Of a stretch of DNA of 64,000 nucleotides, positions 53,695-61,194 are shown in pieces. A program made the translations under genes and the position numbers. How positions within the stretch are numbered: the first letter of the stretch is position 1; each line of letters opens with the position of its first letter. The stretch comes from an uncultured Desulfobacterales bacterium (lineage in GTDB: Bacteria > Desulfobacterota > DSM-4660 > Desulfatiglandales > HGW-15): assembly GCA_964647905.1 (NCBI GenBank), contig CAZYJR010000008.1:47823-111822 (forward strand), read 5' to 3'. The notes below the pieces were generated by a model. That model was not told the DNA's origin and did no database searches. It saw nothing but the letters and a program-made list of their open reading frames with translations.

Positions 53695-55767
53695 TCAGCC
53701 GGAGCCCCGGCCCAAGGGATTGATGTGGCACATGAAGGTGCGGCCCGGCGGAGTCGAAGTCACGGGATCGCGGGTGCGGTCGTCGGTCAGGTTGTTCAGG
53801 CTCCACATGGGGTCCGACTCGCCCCAGCCCCAGGCGATCCGGACGATCCCGGGGCGGACCCTGTCGGATATCCTCGCCCTCATCCTGACGCTTCCCCTGG
53901 GGGTGGAGACCTCCAGCAGCCGCCCCTCGGTGATACCCCTGTCCGAAGCGTCCTCCGGGTTGACATCCACCAGAGGCTCGGCCTCTCCCTTTACCAGGGA
54001 CGGGATGTTGCGGAACTGGGTGTGAGTAAAGCGGCTGCTCCTCTCGCCGCTGATCCCGATCACCGCGTCCCCGCCCATTGTCGGGGCGAAGCTGATCCGG
54101 CTCTCCACGCGGCCGTCCATGAAGGGTACGGGCTGATAGCCCGCCTTTTCCAGGCGCTCCGAGAAGAACTCCACCCGGCCCGACGGTGTGGCAAAACCCC
54201 CGTCCCGATATTTTTCGAACCGGAGAGGGGCCGCCCGCAGCCCTTCGGAGTTTTGCCTCAGCATGTCCACGGTGATCCCCGAGGGGGCGAGCTGATAATC
54301 GATTGCCTCCTCCGCCGTCTCCCAGGGGAACTCCTGCTCCAGGCCGAGACTCCTTGCCAGGTCGAACACGATCTTCCAGTCGGGCCTGCTCTCCCCCTGC
54401 CACTCGATCACCTGGTCCTGAAGGATGACCGGGCTGTTCCGTATGTAGGCCCGATTGAGCTGGGTCTTCTCGAAGCAGGTTGTGGCGGGCAGTATCACGT
54501 CCGCGTATCGGGCGGTTCGGTTCTTGAAAGGGTCTATCACCACCAGGAACTCCAGCTTATCCAAGGCCTCTCTCACCCTGTTCGAATCCGGCATGGTGAC
54601 CGCCGGGTTTCCGGACTGGACCACCAGCATCCTGACCGGGTAAGGCCTCTCTTCCAGGACGGCGTCCACCAGGCAGGACTGGGCGTGGAGCCCCCAGCTC
54701 GGGTTGAACTCGTTGAACAGGGGATAGTCCCGGGTGACCGGCTCCACCCCCGCGGGCCGCCTCTCCCTCAGTTGGATGTCCCGTACCGGCACGGGCTGGG
54801 GTATGAAATCCCCGCCCTCCTTGTCCAGGTTGCCGCTAAGGGCCCTGAGCATGGAGACCGCCCGGGTGGTCTGAAACACCTCAAGCTGCATGTCCAGGCC
54901 GTTGCCGTCGATGATGCAGGCCGACCCGGCCGAGGCGTACATCCTCGCCGCCTCCTTGACAGCGGCCGGGTCCAGCCGAAGATCCCGGGCCACGGACTCC
55001 GCAGGGAAGGCCGCGGCAGCGGCCCTCAATGCCTCGAACCCGACGCAGTGGTCCCGCACGAAGTCCCGGGCATAGAGCCCCGAGGCGATGATCTCGTTGA
55101 TCATGGCCATGGCCAGCGGCCCGTCCTGACCCGGCTTTATCTGCAGCCACACGTCGGCCCGCTCCGCCAGGGGGGTCCTTACAGGGTCGATCACGACCAG
55201 CCGCGCCCCGTGCTCCATTGCATGGTAGACCGCCTCCCAGGCCCCGGGGGCGGTGTTCCGGTCGTTCTTGCCCCAGACCACTATGCACCTGGACTCCTTG
55301 GGCCTGGGTAACGTCATGGCCCCGTAGGTGTAGACATGGGCCATTTCCCGGGCCACATGGCAGACCGAGCCGTTGCCTATGGTATTGGGCGAGCCGAATG
55401 CGTTCATCAGGCGGTTGGCATAGTCCCATTGTACGCCCCAGTCAGCCGCCATCCCCCGCAGCCAGGCCACTGACTCCGCCCCGTAAGTCTCCTTGAAATA
55501 GTGAAATTTCCCAGCTACCAGGCCCAGGGCCTCGTCCCACGAGGCCTCGATGAACTCGCCGCCGGAGCCCCGCTTTCTGATCAACGGCTTCAATACCCTG
55601 TCCGGCGAGTAGACCACTTCGGGTGCAAAGGCCAGCTTGGGACACCTGAGCCTCTTCACCGGGGGCAGGAAGGATTTCCTCTCCACACCCGCCAGTCTCT
55701 CTCCCTCGATTCGGGCCGTGACCGGGCAGCAGGCCGAGCACATGCGGCATACGGTATCTCTTATCAT
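53695..55767 (-). CDS. Cytoplasmic molybdopterin oxidoreductase (no signal peptide, Cys-His Mo-ligand motif)
   Basis: The ATG at 55767 (MIRDTVCRMCSACCPV...C FeS motif) forms an ATGA overlap with the upstream gene; the track start 56409 is an out-of-context extension. GNGSVCHVAR resembles the (U/C)H motif of Fdh-type enzymes. Confidence 0.8.
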   Translation of the reverse strand: MIRDTVCRMCSACCPVTARIEGERLAGVERKSFLPPVKRLRCPKLAFAPEVVYSPDRVLKPLIRKRGSGGEFIEASWDEALGLVAGKFHYFKETYGAESVAWLRGMAADWGVQWDYANRLMNAFGSPNTIGNGSVCHVAREMAHVYTYGAMTLPRPKESRCIVVWGKNDRNTAPGAWEAVYHAMEHGARLVVIDPVRTPLAERADVWLQIKPGQDGPLAMAMINEIIASGLYARDFVRDHCVGFEALRAAAAAFPAESVARDLRLDPAAVKEAARMYASAGSACIIDGNGLDMQLEVFQTTRAVSMLRALSGNLDKEGGDFIPQPVPVRDIQLRERRPAGVEPVTRDYPLFNEFNPSWGLHAQSCLVDAVLEERPYPVRMLVVQSGNPAVTMPDSNRVREALDKLEFLVVIDPFKNRTARYADVILPATTCFEKTQLNRAYIRNSPVILQDQVIEWQGESRPDWKIVFDLARSLGLEQEFPWETAEEAIDYQLAPSGITVDMLRQNSEGLRAAPLRFEKYRDGGFATPSGRVEFFSERLEKAGYQPVPFMDGRVESRISFAPTMGGDAVIGISGERSSRFTHTQFRNIPSLVKGEAEPLVDVNPEDASDRGITEGRLLEVSTPRGSVRMRARISDRVRPGIVRIAWGWGESDPMWSLNNLTDDRTRDPVTSTPPGRTFMCHINPLGRGSG

Positions 55768-56705
55768 CTCACCGCCTTTACAAATGAGCTTCGAATCAAC
55801 TCGAAGTGATTGCTGTGGGTCCTTATCTTCCACCATACGTGGCCCCGGCTCTCCACCTCCCACCTGGACGCCAGGGCCCTCTTTCTCCCTTCCAGGAGAT
55901 CGACCACATTGTCCCCGCCCCTCCCCTGGAACTCTCCGGAGAGCTTCCCTCCCAGCCAGTCCTCCTCCCGGGCCGCTTCGGTCGACCAGGAGAATGGGTC
56001 TGAGAACAGCAACTGGGCCCTCCCGCTCCTGGAGGCCACCCGATCCACCTCCTTCAAGTGAGTCAGGGGCTCGGGGACCTTGTCCATCACGTTCAGGGAA
56101 GACACCACGGAAAATGCGCCCGAGGAAAAAGGGATCGCCTGGGCGTCGGCCACCAGGAACTCGGTGTTCTCGGTCTTCCAGTCCTCGGGGAAGCGTATGG
56201 TCGCCGTCCTGGTAATATGACCCTCTTCGGTCAAGGCGAACTCCGCCTCCCTGTTCGCCATGAGCCGCCGGGACATGCGAACAAAGGAGGCCGCATTGTC
56301 TATACCCACCACGAAATCGCATTTCTTGGCCATCTCGAACGAAAACCGACCCACTGCGGAGCCTGTCTCCAGGCAGGCGCCCGAGGCGGGCCTGACCAGG
56401 TCGGCCCACCTTTGATAGGCGTCCGAGACCTCGGGGTCGCCGATCAGGTCACCGTAATGGCTCCACAAGTATGAGGAGACCAAAGGCTCAGTCTCGTAGC
56501 GGTTCCGGGCTCGGTCCCTTTCGGTCCTGTTGGGATCCAGATACGCGACGCCCTCCCTTATGGGATACTCCGAGGCGCACCCGCGGCACTCCAAGACTCC
56601 CTCGATTAGGTCCTCCCCGTCGGCCCGGGACCCGGCATCCCGCAACGGCTTCTCCTCGGGGAGACAGGCCGGGCAGATCAGCGTCTCCAGCAGGATCTTT
56701 TTCAT
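55764..56705 (-). CDS. Trm112-like zinc-ribbon + class I SAM methyltransferase fusion
   Basis: N-terminus LICPAC...LECRGC...YPIREGVAYL (Trm112p/DUF343-like), then methyltransferase motif I LETGSAVGRFS...VVGIDNA. Confidence 0.75.
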   Translation of the reverse strand: MKKILLETLICPACLPEEKPLRDAGSRADGEDLIEGVLECRGCASEYPIREGVAYLDPNRTERDRARNRYETEPLVSSYLWSHYGDLIGDPEVSDAYQRWADLVRPASGACLETGSAVGRFSFEMAKKCDFVVGIDNAASFVRMSRRLMANREAEFALTEEGHITRTATIRFPEDWKTENTEFLVADAQAIPFSSGAFSVVSSLNVMDKVPEPLTHLKEVDRVASRSGRAQLLFSDPFSWSTEAAREEDWLGGKLSGEFQGRGGDNVVDLLEGRKRALASRWEVESRGHVWWKIRTHSNHFELIRSSFVKAVR

Positions 56706-56924
56706 GGATCAACTCCTGTTCCAAGGGTTGTAAATTTAACACATCAGTAGGCGCATGGATAGGGGAAGAAGGCATTCCACGCTGGCATACAGCTTGCATT
56801 AATATTGAGACTAACAGCGGCACGATCCAAAGGCCGCCCCGAGGGAGCACCGAGGCCCCATGCCCGGGCCGCGGGGTTACAATAGGCATCAGAAGAATTG
56901 TAAGAACCCAAGGTCTTACGATTG

Positions 56925-58145
56925 ATGATCAAGATGAATTTGAACAAATGCAAGAAAAGCCTTAGTTTGAATACCAGGCTGCTTGTGGTGATAGGCGCGA
57001 TATTCGTTGCAGCGGGGGTCTTCACTATACTTTTCGTCAATTGGAGTATGAAACGCCATGCCTTGATGGAAGCAAGAGATAAGGCCAGAATAATCCTGGA
57101 TCACAACCTGTCCATTCATACCTATTTCACCCATCAGCTGAAGCCGCGCCTGTTCGAGACTATTGACGTCAAGGAAAGGCCGGGCTACTTCGACCCCATA
57201 TGGATGTCCTCGACCTATGCGATCCGGGAGATAGAGAAGTATTTCGAAGAACTCGCTACGGACCGCTACTATTACAAGGAATGCGCCGTAAACGCCAGGC
57301 ATCCGGACAATGAGGCCGATGAGTATGAGAAGAGCTTCATAGAGGAGCTGAACCGGGATCCGAGCCTCGAGGAGCGGACCGCCATACGGACTCTTGTGGA
57401 TCAGGATTTCTTCACGGTGCTCAGGAAGGGCGAGGTCATGGAGGAGTCCTGCCTGAGGTGCCACAGCACCCCCGAGCAGGCACCGGAAGGGCTTGTTGAG
57501 GCATACGGTCCGGACAGGAGCTTCGATCGCTCGGTGGACCAGGTGGTATCGGCGATCTCCATCAGGATCCCTCTGGAGGAGGCCTACGCCTCTGCAAACC
57601 GCTTCTCCCTCCAACTGGCCGGGTTTCTGGGGCTGGTCCTGGCCGGGCTCTTCGGCGCTGTGGTCTTCCTGAACAACCGCTGGGTCCTGGGGCCGCTGGA
57701 CAAGATTCGAACGAAGGCCCGTCTTATATCCTCAGACCCCGCCCATCTGGGCGAGGAGATCGATCCCCCTCCCGGGCGGGAGCTATCCGAGCTCGCCGCC
57801 GCCTTCAACCAGATGTCCCGCGGGCTTCAAGAGGACCGCGGCCGGCTGGAGGCCCGCGTGGCCGAGAGGACAGAGGAGCTGGAAGCCGCCAACCAAAGGC
57901 TCCGCACCGAGATCTCCGAGCGCAAGCGCACCATCGATGAGCTCCAAGAGACCCTCCGGGAGATAAAGCTCTTAAGGGGGATCCTGCCCATATGCTCCTA
58001 CTGCAAGAAGGTGAGGGACGACCAGGGCTACTGGAATCAACTGGAAAGATACATCACGGAGCACTCGGCGGCCGAGCTCTCCCACTGCATATGCCCGAAG
58101 TGCGCGGAGGAGCACTTCCCCGGCATGGACCTCTACGACGAGTGA
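56925..58145 (+). CDS. Membrane signalling protein: DUF3365-like heme-c sensor domain, HAMP, coiled coil, C-terminal Cys/His-rich domain
   Basis: TM1, then an extracytoplasmic domain with CLRCH heme-binding motif, then TM2. HAMP (ELAAAFNQMSRGL). Tail is LPICSYCKKVRDDQGYWNQLERYITEHSAAELSHCICPKC. Confidence 0.7.
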   Translation: MIKMNLNKCKKSLSLNTRLLVVIGAIFVAAGVFTILFVNWSMKRHALMEARDKARIILDHNLSIHTYFTHQLKPRLFETIDVKERPGYFDPIWMSSTYAIREIEKYFEELATDRYYYKECAVNARHPDNEADEYEKSFIEELNRDPSLEERTAIRTLVDQDFFTVLRKGEVMEESCLRCHSTPEQAPEGLVEAYGPDRSFDRSVDQVVSAISIRIPLEEAYASANRFSLQLAGFLGLVLAGLFGAVVFLNNRWVLGPLDKIRTKARLISSDPAHLGEEIDPPPGRELSELAAAFNQMSRGLQEDRGRLEARVAERTEELEAANQRLRTEISERKRTIDELQETLREIKLLRGILPICSYCKKVRDDQGYWNQLERYITEHSAAELSHCICPKCAEEHFPGMDLYDE

Positions 58146-58978
58146 GCTCCGGTCAACGCGGCCCTCTTTTCCTCCTCGGCCCGGATCACAGAGCCCACCA
58201 GGTTCAGCATGCCCGCATCGCCCAGGGTGAGGCACCAGACGGCCCAGGCCTCCCTGAGCCCCAGGCCGGCCATGATCTCCCGCCTGGAAAGGCCCTTGGC
58301 CCAAAGGCCGGCCACTTTCCCGTAGAGATCCTCCAGAAAGGCCAGCTTGGAGGCCAGGTGTCTCTTCCCCCCGCCGGGCCGCGGCCTGTGGCCGCACCAC
58401 AAGGACTCGAAGTCGAGCTCCAGGACCATCCTGATAGAGCTAATTTGTCGGTCAATCCGCTCGTCCGCCCGGAAGAACTTTATGCGGTCTCCAAGGTACA
58501 GATCACCGGAGAATAGCCAGCCCCGCTCGGGCACCCAGTAGGCCGTGTGGTCCGAGCTGTGCCCCGGGGTGTGGACAGGGACTATGCGCAGCCGGCCCGT
58601 GTCCAGCCCGCCGGTAAGAGGGCGGGCCTCGAAGGGCGTGCAGCGCCCCCAGATCAGGTGCTGGTAGGCCCGTATGCTGAAGCCGCTTTGCACCGCTTCG
58701 ACTGTTTCCGGGTGCGCATAGACCGGCAGGTTGAATCTCCGGCTCAGTGCGGCGCCGTTCCCGCTGTGGTCCTCGTGGTGATGGGTCAGGAGCACCTGGT
58801 CCGGCGGCGAGTCCTCCACCCATGAGCTTACCCCGCGCTGCATGTGCCTGAGCCCGGTATCCACCAGCACCCCTTCGAAACGGTAGCAGAACGCGGTCAT
58901 AATGGGACGACCCACAGGCGACCAGCCCGCCTCGAGGGCCTCCACAGGGCCGAAATCATGGACTCTCCGAACCTTCAT
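58133..58978 (-). CDS. MBL-fold metallo-hydrolase
   Basis: LLTHHHEDHSGNG metal motif; 281 aa. Confidence 0.8.
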   Translation of the reverse strand: MKVRRVHDFGPVEALEAGWSPVGRPIMTAFCYRFEGVLVDTGLRHMQRGVSSWVEDSPPDQVLLTHHHEDHSGNGAALSRRFNLPVYAHPETVEAVQSGFSIRAYQHLIWGRCTPFEARPLTGGLDTGRLRIVPVHTPGHSSDHTAYWVPERGWLFSGDLYLGDRIKFFRADERIDRQISSIRMVLELDFESLWCGHRPRPGGGKRHLASKLAFLEDLYGKVAGLWAKGLSRREIMAGLGLREAWAVWCLTLGDAGMLNLVGSVIRAEEEKRAALTGAHSS

Positions 58979-59151
58979 GAGGTGTTAATCTAGCAGAGCC
59001 GTCGCTCGCCATCAAGAAAGCCTCGGCTCGAGGCTCATTGAAGGAAATCCCGCCCCGGAACCGCTGGAATACAGGATTCACCCCATTGCTAGGGGATCTC
59101 ATTTACGGAATGGTGTGATATCGTAAGCTTTCTTGAAACGGAGAAACCCAT

Positions 59152-60999
59152 ATGAATCCTGAAAGCCCGGGACCGAACCGGTTCGGCCGTGCGGTGACCT
59201 GGAGAAACATACTGGCCGTTGTCCTGATCTGGATGATCCTGGCCTATTTCATGAGGGGGTACGGTACTCCGGAGGTCCTGGATACCCCCTACAGCGAGTT
59301 CAAGGACCGGCTGCGGGCCGGGGAGGTGGCCGCGGTCACGGTAAAAGGGGACAAGATCCGGGGGCGCTTCAAGGACAAGGTTTCTGACGACGGGAAGGAT
59401 TTCGAGCGCTTCGAGACCGTTATGCCCTCCTTTGACGACCCTGAGCTCATGCGCCTCCTGGAGGAAAAGGGGGTGACCATGGAGGCCGAGCCCTCGGAGC
59501 CTTCCTGGCTTGTCACCGCCGCTGCAGGGCTCCTGCCCTGGCTCTTGATAATCGGCCTCATCATATGGTCCAGCCGCAAGTTCCAGCAGCAGGCCGGGGG
59601 CAAGGGGCTCTTCGGGTTCGGCAAGTCCAAGGCCAAGCTCTACGACAGGTCCCTGGTAGAGATGAGCTATGAAGACGTGGCCGGACTACCCAACGCCAAG
59701 AAGGAGCTCCAGGAGGTGGTGGGGTTCCTCAAGGACCCGGAGCGCTACAGGGCGCTGGGCGGGAAGCTGCCCAAGGGCGTCCTCCTGGTGGGCCCCCCGG
59801 GTACCGGCAAGACCCTGATGGCAAAGGCGACGGCCGGGGAGGCGGACGTACCCTTCTTCAGCATCACCGGCTCCGAATTCATCGAGATGTTCGTGGGAGT
59901 GGGCGCCTCCCGGGTGAGGGACATGTTCGGCCAGGCCAAGAAGGAGGCCCCCGCCATCATCTTCATCGACGAGCTGGACTCCATAGGCCGGGTCAGGGGA
60001 ACGGGCTTGGGCGGAGGCCACGACGAGCGCGAGCAGACCCTCAACCAGATCCTCTCGGAGATGGACGGCTTCACCCCGCAGGAGTCAGTGGTGGTCCTGG
60101 CCGCCACCAACCGCCCGGACGTCCTGGACCCCGCCCTGGTCCGCCCCGGAAGGTTCGACCGCCAGGTCACCCTGGAGCTCCCCCAAAAGAAGGCCCGCCA
60201 AGAGATCCTGGGCGTCCACACGGGCAAGGTCCCCTTGGACCCCGAAGTCGACCTGGAGGAGATAGCGGCAAGGACCGTGGGGTTTTCCGGGGCGGACCTG
60301 GAGAACCTGGTAAACGAGGCTGCACTGGCCGCCGCCCGCAAGGGCAGGAAAGAGGTCGGGCCCGAGGAGTTCGACGAGGCCAGGGACAAGATCATCCTGG
60401 GGCTCGAGCGGGACGATGTGGTCAAGAACGAGGAAAAGGAGAGGATCGCCTTTCACGAGGCCGGCCACGCCATCACCGCCCGGTACGTGCCCCAGGCGGA
60501 CCCCCTGGAGAAGGTGAGCATCATTCCCCGGGGCATGGCCCTGGGAGCCACCGAGCAGATCCCGGAGGAAGACAGGCGCAATCTCGACGCCGGCTACCTG
60601 AAGAGCAGGCTGGCTGTCATGCTCGGAGGCAGGGCCGCCGAAAAGATCGTCTTCGGTGAGGTGAGCTCGGGGGCGGCCGATGACCTCAAGAACTCCACCC
60701 AGCTCGCCCGGCGCATGATCTGCCAGTGGGGCATGAGCGAGAAGCTGGGCCCCACCGCCTTCACCCGTGGAGAGCCCCACCCGTTCCTGGGCCGGGAGAT
60801 GGCCGGGCAGCCGGACCACAGCGAGCACACGGCGCGCCTCATAGATGAGGAGATCCAGAAGCTCACCACCGACATGGAGTCAAAGGCCTTGGAGATCCTC
60901 CGGGACCACCGAGACGAGCTGGACACCCTGGCCCGCGCCCTCCTGGAAAGAGAAACCCTCACAGGCCGGGAGATCGACGACCTCCTCGGAACCGGTTGA
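59152..60999 (+). CDS. ftsH: ATP-dependent zinc metalloprotease FtsH
   Basis: Two N-terminal TM segments. AAA+ Walker A GPPGTGKT, Walker B IIFIDELD, SRH. Zn motif HEAGHA. Confidence 0.95.
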   Translation: MNPESPGPNRFGRAVTWRNILAVVLIWMILAYFMRGYGTPEVLDTPYSEFKDRLRAGEVAAVTVKGDKIRGRFKDKVSDDGKDFERFETVMPSFDDPELMRLLEEKGVTMEAEPSEPSWLVTAAAGLLPWLLIIGLIIWSSRKFQQQAGGKGLFGFGKSKAKLYDRSLVEMSYEDVAGLPNAKKELQEVVGFLKDPERYRALGGKLPKGVLLVGPPGTGKTLMAKATAGEADVPFFSITGSEFIEMFVGVGASRVRDMFGQAKKEAPAIIFIDELDSIGRVRGTGLGGGHDEREQTLNQILSEMDGFTPQESVVVLAATNRPDVLDPALVRPGRFDRQVTLELPQKKARQEILGVHTGKVPLDPEVDLEEIAARTVGFSGADLENLVNEAALAAARKGRKEVGPEEFDEARDKIILGLERDDVVKNEEKERIAFHEAGHAITARYVPQADPLEKVSIIPRGMALGATEQIPEEDRRNLDAGYLKSRLAVMLGGRAAEKIVFGEVSSGAADDLKNSTQLARRMICQWGMSEKLGPTAFTRGEPHPFLGREMAGQPDHSEHTARLIDEEIQKLTTDMESKALEILRDHRDELDTLARALLERETLTGREIDDLLGTG

Positions 61000-61194
61000 C
61001 ACTTAGGGATCCGCTCTCTAAAAGGATCCATAAAGAGACCAAAAGGGAGGTTCTGGCTTCCTCCGGATTTGCCTTTCCTTCATATCGAACCTCTTGCAGC
61101 GCCGGATATGGTCGAGGTATAGGGCGGAGCCCCCGAGTGTTTTCACGATAAGAGGGTTCGCCGGGGAGGCTTATTGAGGACCGCGGGTATTCCG

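Noticed and set aside
60999-61194. GGATCC-N11-GGATCC and GGGAGG...CCTCC small hairpins after ftsH, considered as possible terminators or ncRNA.
   Set aside because: The stems are 5-6 bp with large loops and no U-tract. This is too weak to call.
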